DNA of 61,891 nucleotides from a virus (IMGVR_UViG_3300037242_000090:1-61891); one strand, 5' to 3'; counted from the first letter of the stretch, positions 45,876 to 56,198 are shown. Notes: generated by a model from the letters alone, not told the origin. A program made the numbers and translations.

Positions 45876-46255
45876 TGTCCAACCTGCTGCAAAACGGGAC
45901 GGCGTGGCTCATCGCCACGCTCAAGTCGCCGGCAGTTGCCGGAATCCAGGTCGTGTATTCGCGCGTTGGCCTGGGAAGCGCGTCCATCTTGGTCGTCAAG
46001 AAGCGCACCCCAGAGCAGTTGACGACCGAAGACGGCACGGTCATGGATGCGCATGTTCCTGGCTATCTGATTGAGGTGGCCGACTTGGTGTTGGCTGGGA
46101 GTCCCGTGCAGCCACAGGTCGGAGATGAGATCACCGAATCCGATGGAACCGTGTCCCGCGTTATGGATATCGACGCCAAGGAAGGCTGCTTTGGCTGGCG
46201 CGGTCTATTTAGAACGATCTACGATGTCCACACCAAGCAGGTCGCCGCGTCATGA
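45875..46255 (+). CDS. putative head-tail adaptor
   Basis: Position; YLIEVADL...PQVGDEI...VHTK. Confidence 0.65.
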   Translation: MSNLLQNGTAWLIATLKSPAVAGIQVVYSRVGLGSASILVVKKRTPEQLTTEDGTVMDAHVPGYLIEVADLVLAGSPVQPQVGDEITESDGTVSRVMDIDAKEGCFGWRGLFRTIYDVHTKQVAAS

Positions 46256-46725
46256 GCGAGATTTACCAGATCGCCGATGCGGTGGTGGCGGCAATCCAGG
46301 CGGCGACACTGCCGGTCACCGGCTTGATGCCGCAGCGGATTTATATGCCGCGGGAGGAATTGGAAGACCTCTCACCCTCGGCCAAGCCCACGGTTCTGGT
46401 CTATCCCCAGCTCGACGGTATCAGCCTGGTTGCTCGGGACACGCTCAATGAGGATGTCACGATCAACGTGGCGCTGATCCAAGCCCTTCCAGCCGGCACC
46501 GTTCCCTACACGGTGGCCGCTAATGCCGTGATCGACCCGCTGGTGCAGTTGGCCAGGTCCATCGCACTGACGGTTTTTGCGCCGGGTTCCAACGCGGCTG
46601 GAGCGGGTTGGGTTGAGACCAAATACCCGCTGGTTTGCAATTCGGACTATTTGCGGACCAAGACGGCTTTCCTGGCCATTATTCATTTCAAGTTTCGCCA
46701 GCCTAATGCGCCGGCGAGCGTTTAG
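46252..46725 (+). CDS. putative tail completion protein
   Basis: Position; IADAVVAAI start. Confidence 0.55.
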   Translation: MSEIYQIADAVVAAIQAATLPVTGLMPQRIYMPREELEDLSPSAKPTVLVYPQLDGISLVARDTLNEDVTINVALIQALPAGTVPYTVAANAVIDPLVQLARSIALTVFAPGSNAAGAGWVETKYPLVCNSDYLRTKTAFLAIIHFKFRQPNAPASV

Positions 46726-46737
46726 GAGATACAACAC

Positions 46738-47238
46738 ATGCTACTCGGCATCAAAGCATCGATCTCATGGCTCGCCACCACTTCGCAACCGCGCATAGCG
46801 TGGACTGGCACGGCCACCAATGGCTATACCCCCGGCGCCCAGCCAATAGGCCTACAGGCTGTAACCCGCGTGGGAAACATCAAGGTTGCAGCGGAGAAGG
46901 AACAGGCGGATGGCTCGAGCCGCGATTCCAACTTCTTTCTGACCGGGGGAGCGCTGCTCAAGATTCCGGTCGATTTCAAAATCCTGTGGGACCCATCCAA
47001 CGATCCATCCCATATCGCCTTGGCGATGGTGGCGTTTAGTTCCGGCCTCTATATCCCACTGCTGGTCAGCGATCAGGTCGTCACGGTCCATACGAACAAC
47101 TATGGCGTGTGGGCGGATTGGGAGGTCTTGAAGTTAGAGCAAGGCGACGATCTGAACAACTTCGAGACCTACGACGTTTCGATCCAGCCCAGCGCCCTCA
47201 GCTCGGTCTACCCGCAGCGCGTCAGCGTCACGGGATAA
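46738..47238 (+). CDS. putative tail tube protein
   Basis: AGGAG RBS; position ahead of chaperone and tape measure. Confidence 0.6.
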   Translation: MLLGIKASISWLATTSQPRIAWTGTATNGYTPGAQPIGLQAVTRVGNIKVAAEKEQADGSSRDSNFFLTGGALLKIPVDFKILWDPSNDPSHIALAMVAFSSGLYIPLLVSDQVVTVHTNNYGVWADWEVLKLEQGDDLNNFETYDVSIQPSALSSVYPQRVSVTG

Positions 47239-47325
47239 GCCGCGCGCACCATTTGGCTAATTATCTCAATCAACGTCTTTTGATCGGCCGTTACTGGTAT
47301 CCGTAAATCAACATTTGGAGAAATC

Positions 47326-47583
47326 ATGGACCCAATCACACCCAGCGATCCGATCCTGGCACCTCCGGCCACTGTCCAGCCGGTGCCAGCACTTGTCACC
47401 GAGGATGCCCTGTCTGCAAAGCTGCTGGACGCGCACAAGCACGTCGGCCTGAAGGAAACCGCATACCATCTGGCGGATATGGCGCGTGGCGAGGCCGGGA
47501 AGCTGCTGGACAAGGCCAAGGCCGATCTGGCCAAGGCCACAGAGGCGCTTCATTTGTTCCATCGTTCCAAGAAGCAGGGGTAA
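47326..47583 (+). CDS. hypothetical protein
   Basis: GGAG RBS; 85 aa. Confidence 0.6.
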   Translation: MDPITPSDPILAPPATVQPVPALVTEDALSAKLLDAHKHVGLKETAYHLADMARGEAGKLLDKAKADLAKATEALHLFHRSKKQG

Positions 47584-47588
47584 AGATA

Positions 47589-48065
47589 ATGGCCAAGTTC
47601 AAAGACCGCGACGGCCGGGAATGGTCGATCGCGCTGGATTACCTGGTGGTTGAAAAGGTCGAATCCGCCACGGGATTCAATATCCTGGACCTGTTCGACC
47701 CAAAGGTAGCCAAGGACCTGACCGGGCTCAAGCTGTTGGCGATTCTGTGGGCGATATGCGAGAGCGAGGCGGAATCGCGGAAGATGAGTCGGGACGATTT
47801 TAAGCGGGCTTTTGATCCGGACAGCGTTGCCGAAGCTGGAAGCCAACTTGAGATCGAGTTGATAAATTTCTCCCCGCGCCGCCTCCAGACGGCGCTACAC
47901 AGCCTGAGGGAAAAGACCCAGGCCCTGCGGGCGGCGGTGGAGACTCAATCGATGGAAATGGTGCAGAAGATGGACCCGGCAAAGATGGCGCAGCAGATCA
48001 CCGAGAAAATGGAGAAAGTGCTGGTCGCCGATATATCCGGATCGGCTATGAAGCCGCCGGAATAG
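47589..48065 (+). CDS. putative tail assembly chaperone
   Basis: FKDRDGREW start, ELINFSP; position. Confidence 0.65.
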   Translation: MAKFKDRDGREWSIALDYLVVEKVESATGFNILDLFDPKVAKDLTGLKLLAILWAICESEAESRKMSRDDFKRAFDPDSVAEAGSQLEIELINFSPRRLQTALHSLREKTQALRAAVETQSMEMVQKMDPAKMAQQITEKMEKVLVADISGSAMKPPE

Positions 48066-48109
48066 TCGGCGTTGACCCGGGCCGCTTCACGCTACGGCGT
48101 CTGATCTAC

Positions 48110-48316
48110 ATGCGCGATGCGGCGCTGCGCGAGCGATGGGACCGCACCAGTTTCATTGCGGCCTGCCTGATCAATTCCAACCCGTTCCGCAAAGGTCCGG
48201 CGATCTCGCCACAACGCCTCAACCCCTACGCCAATTCAGCGCGGCGCAAGCCGACGATGGTTATGACCATCGGGCAGTTTCTGGACCTCAACCCCGACGC
48301 TTTCGGCGCGCGGTAA
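48110..48316 (+). CDS. putative tail chaperone second part (-1 frame)
   Basis: The frame is open upstream into the previous gene (AAGIVGVDPGRFTLRRLIYM...). Confidence 0.55.
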   Translation: MRDAALRERWDRTSFIAACLINSNPFRKGPAISPQRLNPYANSARRKPTMVMTIGQFLDLNPDAFGAR

Positions 48317-48319
48317 ACA

Positions 48320-48772
48320 ATGGGTTCAAACCTCAAAATCAAGGAGCTATTCTTCGATCGCGACAAGGTGGTAAGCGCCTACCACGATGGCCGCGGCAAG
48401 GTGTTGTCGCACATCGGGGCATTCATCCGGCAGCGGATGAAGTCAATCACCAGCCATAGGTCTTCTGGTTCGGCGCAACCCGGTCAACCCCCCAAGCGCC
48501 ACATTGGGCATCTCCACGACCTGATTTTTTTTGCGGCCGAGCCGGATCATGGCGGCGTGGTTATCGGGCCGCTGAAATTCACCTCTGCCGCCGGCGAGGA
48601 TATTGGCGCTGATGTCCTGGAGCATGGCGGCGACGAAACGATCGTGGTCAACAGGGCCGGACGAAAAAAGCTCGCCCACTTCCACGGCAACCCGTTCGCC
48701 GCGCCCTCCCTCAAAGCGGAGATCGCGGCAGGGACGATTCCAGCGGCCTTTTCCGGGTGTGTGAGGGGCTGA
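48320..48772 (+). CDS. putative neck/tail completion protein
   Basis: FFDR..V, GAFIR, PGQPP, IFFA, VVIGP, LEHGG, PF.AP motifs. Confidence 0.6.
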   Translation: MGSNLKIKELFFDRDKVVSAYHDGRGKVLSHIGAFIRQRMKSITSHRSSGSAQPGQPPKRHIGHLHDLIFFAAEPDHGGVVIGPLKFTSAAGEDIGADVLEHGGDETIVVNRAGRKKLAHFHGNPFAAPSLKAEIAAGTIPAAFSGCVRG

Positions 48773-48773
48773 T

Positions 48774-50789
48774 ATGGCTGGCGCAAATGACATCAGAGCC
48801 GGCGGCGCTTATGTCGAGGTCAGGACAGAGGACGCTGCGCTTATGGCTGGGCTGGACAGGGCCGCGGACAAATTGCGAGCATTTGGGGCATCCGTCACCG
48901 CGGCTGGGTTTCAGGCATCGCTCGCTGGCGGCGCGTTGTCAGCCCCAATCGTCGCATCGGCCACGGCGTATGGGGAACACGGCAAATCGCTGACATTGGG
49001 GGCCGCAAAGACGGGTGTAAGCGTCGAGGCGCTGAGCCTGCTGCAATATGCGGCTAAGCAGTCCGGCGTGGACATCGATCAACTTAACAATGGCCTCAAT
49101 CGGATGGGCCATTTCCTCACCGGCGCGGTGCAAGGCTCGAAAGAGGCGGCCACGGCGCTGGCCACGATTCACCTGTCGATCGCCGATCTGAACGCACTCT
49201 CGCCACAAGATAGATTTAAGACAATCGCAGAGGCCATTCGGAATGTGCGCGATCCATCGGTGCGGGCTGCCGAGGCGATCGCCGTTTTCGGGCGCTCTGG
49301 GGCCGACCTTTTGCCGCTGGCGGCTAACATCGATACCCTCACGGCAAACGGCCGCATCCTCGGCCAGCAATGGAGCGGCGAGGACGCCGCCGCAGGGATG
49401 ATTTTTGCCAGCGCGATCACCGATCTTTGGGACGTTCTGCGCCGGGGATCGGAGATCATCGGGTCTTCGCTGGCCCCCAGCATGCTGGCGTTTACGAATA
49501 TTCTGATCCGCGGAGCCCTCTATGCCAAAGAATGGGCGGCGGAACACACCAAGGCGTTCTCGATCATCAAGGCGGTGGGCATAACCCTGACCGCAGTAGG
49601 CGCCGGGCTTCTTTTGCTGGGCGCCACGTTTTCGGTGTTGGGCGTGGCACTGGGCACAATCGCATCGCTTGTCGGCGCGGTGGGCGCGGCATTCTCGGCG
49701 GTTCTGTCGCCGATTGGCCTGGTCATCGTCGGAATCGGAGGCGCGGCCGGTGCGCTGATGTATTTCAGCGGGATCGGCACATTGGTGGGCAACGCGCTCA
49801 TCGACGCCTTCAAAAGCATTTACGGCATGATCAAGTTTGTCCTGGACAACACATCCAGCGCATCCCAGGCGTGGGGCGCGGTGATGCACGAAACGATCCT
49901 ATTCGTTCAGCAGGAGTGGGCCCGGGCGAAGGGGTATCTGGTTGATATTTGGATCGACTTCAAAGGCTTCATGTCTAACCTCTGGGACGACATTGGGATC
50001 GACATCGTTTCGGCGGCGTCGGATGCGACCAAAACCTTTCTGGATATCTGGGCCAAGGCGATGCACGGATGGAGCAGCTTGGTCAACACGACGGCGGATT
50101 GGATTCAGCAGACCTTCCTCGACACCGGGAAGGCGGAACTAAAAACCGCGCTCGAGCAAATCGACCAGCAGGAGCATTCGGGACAGCTAACGCCCAAACA
50201 GGCGGAGCAAGGCCGCGCCGCCGCCCATAAAACTTTCGACGATTACGACGCCCAGCAGAGGGCGATGCGAGACAAGGCCAATGACGATGATTTGCAAAAG
50301 AAACTAAACGACATCAAGGCTGAGGCCGACGCCAAGCAACAATATCTGAACGACCTGAGGGCCAAACAGCGGCAGGCCAATGATGCGGAGTCCGACGAAG
50401 AAAGAGCTGGCAACGACAAGAAGGCCGCAGATGCCGCCAAGGCTGCGGCCGACGCCCGGGCCGCTTACGAGCAGGCCCTAAAACAATCCTTTAAGGCCAG
50501 CGGCCAGCAATCGATCCTGGACCAGCTCAAATCACTGAGCAAGCCACTCACCAAGCCGGTCGCACCCGGAGCGCCGGATGTCCCCGATTTAGAGAGCGCG
50601 GCAAAATCAAGCCAAAAATCGCTGGGCACGTTTACCGGCGACAAGGTATTGCTGAGAGAAATCTTCGGCCATCCTTCTAAGCAAACGAAAGAGAAGCATG
50701 AGAAGGAGATCGCCGACAACACGCGGGAGATGAAGGCCAGCTTGAACAAGATCGCAAACAACCCATTCCCTGGATTAGTTACAACATAG
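48774..50789 (+). CDS. tail tape measure protein
   Basis: IRAGGAYVEV start, TGVSVEALS.LQYAA, FGRSGADLLPL; helical 671 aa. Confidence 0.88.
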   Translation: MAGANDIRAGGAYVEVRTEDAALMAGLDRAADKLRAFGASVTAAGFQASLAGGALSAPIVASATAYGEHGKSLTLGAAKTGVSVEALSLLQYAAKQSGVDIDQLNNGLNRMGHFLTGAVQGSKEAATALATIHLSIADLNALSPQDRFKTIAEAIRNVRDPSVRAAEAIAVFGRSGADLLPLAANIDTLTANGRILGQQWSGEDAAAGMIFASAITDLWDVLRRGSEIIGSSLAPSMLAFTNILIRGALYAKEWAAEHTKAFSIIKAVGITLTAVGAGLLLLGATFSVLGVALGTIASLVGAVGAAFSAVLSPIGLVIVGIGGAAGALMYFSGIGTLVGNALIDAFKSIYGMIKFVLDNTSSASQAWGAVMHETILFVQQEWARAKGYLVDIWIDFKGFMSNLWDDIGIDIVSAASDATKTFLDIWAKAMHGWSSLVNTTADWIQQTFLDTGKAELKTALEQIDQQEHSGQLTPKQAEQGRAAAHKTFDDYDAQQRAMRDKANDDDLQKKLNDIKAEADAKQQYLNDLRAKQRQANDAESDEERAGNDKKAADAAKAAADARAAYEQALKQSFKASGQQSILDQLKSLSKPLTKPVAPGAPDVPDLESAAKSSQKSLGTFTGDKVLLREIFGHPSKQTKEKHEKEIADNTREMKASLNKIANNPFPGLVTT

Positions 50790-51016
50790 CCCCGGGCGGC
50801 GATCAAGCTTTGGTTTGGTTACAAAAACAAACCATCAAGGTCGGGGATATACCGAACCACCACACGATCATTGGTGTTGATCGGAGGCGCGAGATCAAGA
50901 TGGACCGGCGAAGAATGGGAGCCATTGTCGGGGTGGGGAAATTACGACGCAAATTCCTCTGATTTCCTTTGGCAAGGCGACGGTCCGACCAGACGCGAGC
51001 CAATTTCAACGTAATT

Positions 51017-51039
51017 GGTGAGCCAAGTATGTCAAATCC
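51017..51039 (-). mobile_element. orphan IS1595-type right TIR
   Basis: GGTGAGCCAAGTATGTCAAATCC; its reverse complement is 20/23 identical to 6120-6142. Confidence 0.75.
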
Positions 51040-51183
51040 AAAGCAAATTGACGAATTGGAGGGCGCAGGCTTTGTCCACAGCGATAACAGAATTTGGCTT
51101 TCCCAAGACCACGGCGGCACCAGCGGCCAATATCCGCACCGATCAAGTTTGAATGCAACGACTATCTGAGGAATTAAACCACC

Positions 51184-51498
51184 ATGAACAAAATCTGGCA
51201 AGCCTTCGGAACACCGCATTTCGATGATCAGGATCGCGAAATCCAGATCGAGCGCGAGGTATCCGTTGCTGGCTTCCGTGCCCAAATCAAGAGTGAGATT
51301 AGGTTCGTCGCCATCGTCGATATGAAGGTGGGTAACATCATCTTCCGCGGTCGGCGCGTGACCATCGACGACGCCAAGAATATCGACGACGCCTACGAGA
51401 AATACGAAGCGGCGGTCGACTCTGCCCGTGCCGAGTTCGAAGCCGCGCGTCAAAGCGCCATCCTTGCGGCCCCGTTCTCGCTTTCGCCGCTCCCATAA
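51184..51498 (+). CDS. hypothetical protein
   Basis: GAGG RBS; 104 aa. Confidence 0.6.
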   Translation: MNKIWQAFGTPHFDDQDREIQIEREVSVAGFRAQIKSEIRFVAIVDMKVGNIIFRGRRVTIDDAKNIDDAYEKYEAAVDSARAEFEAARQSAILAAPFSLSPLP

Positions 51499-51508
51499 AC
51501 AACCTTCC

Positions 51509-52480
51509 GTGGCACTCAAGGCATCCGAAACCTGGAAAAGCGGCTCTGGCGGCCTGGGCCTCAACGCCTGGGACGAATACTCCTGCTGGATATGGGGCAA
51601 CCCCCTGCCCCTGGCCCAGGGCGGCGATAACGCGGATGATCCTGGCCAAATAAGCCTTGGCGCCCTGCCTCTATTCAGCATCATCAGTGAGATGGGCAAC
51701 GTGTTTTGCGATTTCAATCGCGAGCGCGTATCACCCGGCCGATGGCTGATCACCGCCAAGTACAAATCGCCCATCGCCGTCAAGCAAACCGGCGATGCCA
51801 CGTTCGCGTTCCAGATTGGCGGCGGGACCACACACATTTCCAGCAGCATCGCCACCAAGGGGTCGTACGCGCCGAGCGGACAGACGGCGCCAAATCACAA
51901 TAACGCGATCAACGTGGGCGCCGATGGGGCTGTGGGCGGCGTAGATATCCCTACCGGATCGTATTCGTTCCGCACGACGTTTTACACGACTATCGCCACG
52001 TTGAACGCCGGTTACTTGAACGAATTGAACGCCTCTGTCGGGCAATTCACCAACTCCGACGAAGTGACGATCAACGTTAACGGATTTATACAGGTGTTCC
52101 AGCCCGGATCACTACGGATCAAAAGTGTATCGGGACAGGAGCGGGCTGGGTTTGGCGATGTAGAAATGTCGCTCGACTGGGAATACGCACCCAACACCAC
52201 CAGCCCAATCACGATCGGCAGCGGATCCAATCAAATCACCATCCCCGGCGGCGTCAAGAACGGTTTCGATTACCTGTGGACGCAATACCTGCCGGCCAGC
52301 ATCAGCGGAACGACGATGGATTCGATACCCATTGCCGCCTACGTCGAGCAGGTCCTCACACCTGTTCCGCTGAGTGGCTTAGTGCTGCCCAACAGTTTCA
52401 ACCTCTCCAATATCCCCGGCTGGGGTGGGACACCAATTTACCCCGGCCTTCAATCCACCCTGTTCGGCGTTGGAAACTAA
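51509..52480 (+). CDS. putative distal tail protein
   Basis: GGGTTHI, AINV...GVDI, GFDYLWT.Y, P.AAYVEQV; downstream of the tape measure. Start is uncertain. Confidence 0.65.
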   Translation: MALKASETWKSGSGGLGLNAWDEYSCWIWGNPLPLAQGGDNADDPGQISLGALPLFSIISEMGNVFCDFNRERVSPGRWLITAKYKSPIAVKQTGDATFAFQIGGGTTHISSSIATKGSYAPSGQTAPNHNNAINVGADGAVGGVDIPTGSYSFRTTFYTTIATLNAGYLNELNASVGQFTNSDEVTINVNGFIQVFQPGSLRIKSVSGQERAGFGDVEMSLDWEYAPNTTSPITIGSGSNQITIPGGVKNGFDYLWTQYLPASISGTTMDSIPIAAYVEQVLTPVPLSGLVLPNSFNLSNIPGWGGTPIYPGLQSTLFGVGN

Positions 52481-52492
52481 AAGGAAAATACA

Positions 52493-52948
52493 ATGGGACT
52501 GACACGCTCTGCGCTGTATGGCGGCACTATCACCAACGACACTTCCCCAAGCGGTGGCTCGGCTCTCGTCCGCAACGCCGACGGGTCGGGGAACCTCGCT
52601 GGTGTTGGCCTAATCACCACCGCTGTTGCCAACAGCGGCGGCGTGGTGAGTGGTGTCATTGTCTTGACCAGCACGCCCGCAGGCACTGTCGGCGCGGACA
52701 AGCTGTACTCATGCAATTGCACATCCGGCGTAATCGCGCCGCCCCTGCCGCCAGCTTCGGCATCGGCTGGCATGGAGCTGTCATTCGTGAAGACCGACAG
52801 CAGCGCTAACGCCATGACGATCACGGCCAATGGAACCGACAAGATTCTCACCTCTGGCGGCGGTGCCGGTGCGGGGACCGTCAGCACAACCACCCAAGGC
52901 GCAAGATTCGACCTGTGGTGCGACGGGACGATCTGGACGGCCAAATAA
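52493..52948 (+). CDS. putative tail-fibre-like small protein
   Basis: AGGA RBS; LPPAS..G...FVKTDSSANAMTI...CDGTIW. Confidence 0.6.
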   Translation: MGLTRSALYGGTITNDTSPSGGSALVRNADGSGNLAGVGLITTAVANSGGVVSGVIVLTSTPAGTVGADKLYSCNCTSGVIAPPLPPASASAGMELSFVKTDSSANAMTITANGTDKILTSGGGAGAGTVSTTTQGARFDLWCDGTIWTAK

Positions 52949-52981
52949 TCTCCGACTCCACCTCGCGACCAATAGCAGCAC

Positions 52982-53011
52982 AACCGCGCGAATGATATCG
53001 GGCGGTTTTTT
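52982..53011 (+). terminator. Rho-independent terminator
   Basis: AACCGCGCGA/TCGGGCGGTT stem followed by a T run. Confidence 0.5.
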
Positions 53012-53142
53012 CTTTGGGACACAGGCGACGTACTGGGATATCAAGGGTCCTTCCTTCCCTAATAAAAATCGGCCGATTGACTTGGGAACAGGCCGACAAG
53101 CGCACATACTTTCTTTCTTTTCCCAAAAGGATTTAGATAAAA

Positions 53143-53949
53143 ATGGCGGGTGACGTATTCAAAACCTACGCGACGGGCGATCGGTGGCAACCAAATGCGG
53201 GATGGCTCAACGCCTGCACGGGCGCGGCCAAGGCGTGGCTGGCGCAGAATAAACACGGCGGCAAGCTATCGGGTAACGTGCCCGATGGCCTGATCATGGT
53301 TCAGAACAACAGCGGCGCGGTTCGTAAGCCCGGCGAAATCCTGGCGATCAGGGCGCCGCTGATTGGCCCATCAGCCAACGTCAACCAGTTTCAATTCGCA
53401 CCCGCGATTACCGGCGTTCAGCCCACGACGGCGGACATCGGAAACTTCCTGGTGTGCTATTCTCCGATCGCGTCAGGTGCGCTGGGCGTGGGGTTCATGG
53501 CTGGGTTCGGGTATTGCACGGCCTGGGTCGACTTCCAGAACGTCAACGACGAGTTCGCGGACATCAAGGCGGGCGACTGTACGCAATTGATCAGCAACAA
53601 CCTGGCCGGCTCGGCGGCGCTGGCCTCTCATCCAAGCAGCACGGGCAAGCAGCAGATTTTGGTGGTGCTGGGGAATTTTCCGTTCGGCCAACATTTCGAC
53701 GTGGCGCTCAGTGGCCCCACCGGTTCGGTGAGCACGGGCTATAGCTACGTTGTGAAGGACACCAATGGGAACAACGTAACCAACTCGTTTAGTGGCTCAT
53801 CGCCATTCACGCCGACCTATCGGATGACTACTCCGAGCACGCTCAATCTGAACGGTTCAGCAACGGTTGGCCAGGGGCTGGTGAAGCCTAGCGGGGCTTT
53901 CGTTCTGAAATTCGCGGAAGAGACCTGGAACTTCGGAGATTGCACTTGA
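53143..53949 (+). CDS. putative minor tail protein
   Basis: VQNNSG....GEIL...PI.SG..G pattern; tail operon position. Confidence 0.6.
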   Translation: MAGDVFKTYATGDRWQPNAGWLNACTGAAKAWLAQNKHGGKLSGNVPDGLIMVQNNSGAVRKPGEILAIRAPLIGPSANVNQFQFAPAITGVQPTTADIGNFLVCYSPIASGALGVGFMAGFGYCTAWVDFQNVNDEFADIKAGDCTQLISNNLAGSAALASHPSSTGKQQILVVLGNFPFGQHFDVALSGPTGSVSTGYSYVVKDTNGNNVTNSFSGSSPFTPTYRMTTPSTLNLNGSATVGQGLVKPSGAFVLKFAEETWNFGDCT

Positions 53950-54128
53950 TCTGCCCACCGTCAATCCTCAATCGTCTTGGCCGGCCGCGACGGCGTTCGC
54001 CCATTGTGGACCGCTTCGGAGGGCCCGTCGACGCGCCGCCGCAAATTTGCCCGCGCTGTCGCAAGCCGACCCTGCGCACGCCGCGCAGACCAAGGCCCTG
54101 GTGGCGCGGGGGCGTTGACGCCCTGAAC

Positions 54129-54776
54129 ATGGCCGGCGGGGTCGGGCTGTGCAAGAGCGGCGTGGGACAATGCAAATCGGGGATGGGAATCACGGGGACC
54201 GCGGGCGATCCGTGCTGCTGCTCTGGGCCATGCACTTTTTGCACGGCATCGCGCACAACCTTGGGCGTGGATTTTTCCGGCACTGTCGCTTCTGGTTGCT
54301 GCAACGGCAGCGGGTGTTTCAACACCTACTCTACGTCAGGAACGATAGACGGGAGTTATGATCTAACCATTGGGTCGGGCGAATGCGAAGCACAGCTATT
54401 CGGCACTTATCCCAGCGGGAGCATTAACTCCTACGGAAGTGGCGTGGTGCCATGCTCAGGCACGCCAGCGTGCAGCGCTGGCCTAGCGATTATTCGCACA
54501 TACTTCGGCCCGGGCCCAACCATTCGGGTTACAGCCGCCATTTATTGCGATAGTGAAGGCGACCTGGGCGGCTGCGCCTTCGACTCGGGTACGATTTCCG
54601 ATACGACTGGTTTCTGCGCGGGCACCGTAAGTTCGGTGACTGTCTCCAATTCTTATACCACTGCGTGCGGTTCTGGCGGATGTGAGCCCGAGGGCTGCTG
54701 TAATGGCTTGGCGACCGAAGCGCAGAGTCTTTGCTGTATGTTCTATAGCGGGACAGCCACTTTGACTTGGGGTTGA
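54129..54776 (+). CDS. Cys-rich putative tail protein
   Basis: PCCC motif, about 20 Cys. Start is uncertain. Confidence 0.55.
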   Translation: MAGGVGLCKSGVGQCKSGMGITGTAGDPCCCSGPCTFCTASRTTLGVDFSGTVASGCCNGSGCFNTYSTSGTIDGSYDLTIGSGECEAQLFGTYPSGSINSYGSGVVPCSGTPACSAGLAIIRTYFGPGPTIRVTAAIYCDSEGDLGGCAFDSGTISDTTGFCAGTVSSVTVSNSYTTACGSGGCEPEGCCNGLATEAQSLCCMFYSGTATLTWG

Positions 54777-55337
54777 ATGCCGCACAATAACGCACAATGT
54801 CGGCTTTGCGAGTTCAAGCGCCGCACTCCCCCAGGGCGCATCGAGTGTTCGATAGAGGCCGTCGCGGATGCCGAGAAAAAGGCCGATGAAAGGTTCCGCG
54901 TCTACACCACTGACGCACTGGTGCAACTCACGATCCGCTTTGTTCCAGTTGGCCAGGGTGTTGACATCATCGAACGCGGCAAGCGCGGCGAGTGTCCGAT
55001 TGGCAAATTCAAATATCCCAACACGGACAATCCCGACGCGCCCAAGCCCGGGCCGCCGGCTCCGCCGCCAAAGCCCGTTCACTACGCCGACTGGCCCGAC
55101 AACTGCAAGGCGCTGGCCAAAGAGGCCATACCCACAGACGCGGGCATCGGTGATGTGGTGACACGGATGATCGCCGAGAAACGGATCGGCGCTGTCACCG
55201 CCGGCCGAGTCCTGATAGATGAGTTTGGAGCGGCCAACACGACGAAGAACGCTATTGCTTGGGTACTCGGCAGACCATGCCAATGCTCGGATCATCAGGC
55301 GCACCTCAATCAGCTATACCCGCTGCCCACCACCTGA
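54777..55337 (+). CDS. hypothetical phage protein
   Basis: CPIGKF; GIGDVV...C.C....LNQLYP. Confidence 0.65.
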   Translation: MPHNNAQCRLCEFKRRTPPGRIECSIEAVADAEKKADERFRVYTTDALVQLTIRFVPVGQGVDIIERGKRGECPIGKFKYPNTDNPDAPKPGPPAPPPKPVHYADWPDNCKALAKEAIPTDAGIGDVVTRMIAEKRIGAVTAGRVLIDEFGAANTTKNAIAWVLGRPCQCSDHQAHLNQLYPLPTT

Positions 55338-55386
55338 CCCCGCACGCCCCATTCCCTTCTTTCCGACTTTCCGACTATCATTCTCA

Positions 55387-55404
55387 CGGTACTATTCACT
55401 TGAC
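55387..55404 (+). mobile_element. IS1595-type end (CGG variant)
   Basis: CGGTACTATTCACTTGAC is 17/18 identical to 59807-59824. Confidence 0.65.
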
Positions 55405-55450
55405 AAAAGCAGCCCCAATGAGCGGTAGGGCCGCATCGGGCTTCCCCCGT

Positions 55451-55627
55451 CTACTTCCGCCGCCGCTTCTTCGGTTCTGAGATTGACGCTTCCGCCCTGA
55501 TCTGGGCCACGTCTGCCGGCTTGATCTTTAGCAGACCGGCTAGGGCTTGTTCTGGCGTCAACGGGTAGAGGGATATTGGATTACCCTTGCGGCCGTTGGG
55601 GTTTGGGTTGTGGCGCTTCTTGGCCAT
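55451..55627 (-). CDS. small basic peptide pointing at the 55387 end
   Basis: MAKKRHNPNPNGRKGNPISLYPLTPEQALAGLLKIKP...KKRRRK*; 58 aa. Confidence 0.6.
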   Translation of the reverse strand: MAKKRHNPNPNGRKGNPISLYPLTPEQALAGLLKIKPADVAQIRAEASISEPKKRRRK

Positions 55628-55788
55628 GACGGCATTTTAGCATCACCCGAACGAACAAACAGGCTGTGCCGCTAGTCGCGTACTGTTATTCCGAATTTAC
55701 GGAGTAGTCGCCGGACTGTGAATCGCGGACTGTGGTTCCGGCGATATGACGCCATTGCGCGGAATGCCAGTTTGCCGGAGTGGGCGGC

Positions 55789-55817
55789 TTGATTCAGAAG
55801 TCGCTGTTCGGTATGCT
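55789..55817 (+). promoter_or_regulatory. putative promoter TTGATT-17-TATGCT
   Basis: Near-consensus hexamers just upstream of the HTH gene. Confidence 0.45.
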
Positions 55818-55827
55818 TACCCGCACT

Positions 55828-56043
55828 ATGCCAAATCTTCGGGAAGCGGTTCAAAAGGAACTGGAGCGGCGCGGATGGTCTGCCTACCGGCTCGTACAGG
55901 AATTGAAGGGCAAACGCAAGGATGGCAGAGACGTGCCGCCAGCAACGATTTACGAGTTTCTTCGCGGCGAAACGACGATCAACAGCGCCGATTTGGGCCT
56001 CATCTTTGACGCGCTGGGCCTTGAACCGAAGCGGAAGCGTTGA
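55828..56043 (+). CDS. XRE-type HTH protein
   Basis: ELERRGWSAYRL...ATIYEFLRGE...IFDALGL. Confidence 0.8.
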   Translation: MPNLREAVQKELERRGWSAYRLVQELKGKRKDGRDVPPATIYEFLRGETTINSADLGLIFDALGLEPKRKR

Positions 56044-56046
56044 CCA

Positions 56047-56196
56047 ATGAATTGCCCCGCCAAAAGCCTGATCGAAGCCGTCCGCTACTTCGCGGATCGG
56101 GCTGTCGATGACGTGATGAGCCGGGTCGTGGGCCGTCGAATCACTTGGCGGCAATTGTGCGAAGTGGACGGCGCTGGATTCATGGGATTGGAGTGA
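56047..56196 (+). pseudogene. internally deleted IS1595 transposase (N- and C-termini fused in frame, 49 aa)
   Basis: AKSLIEAVRYFADRAV resembles PNSLLAAAQYFADPAV; VVGRRITWRQLCEVDGAGFMGLE* resembles the transposase C-terminus. Confidence 0.85.
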
Positions 56197-56198
56197 GC

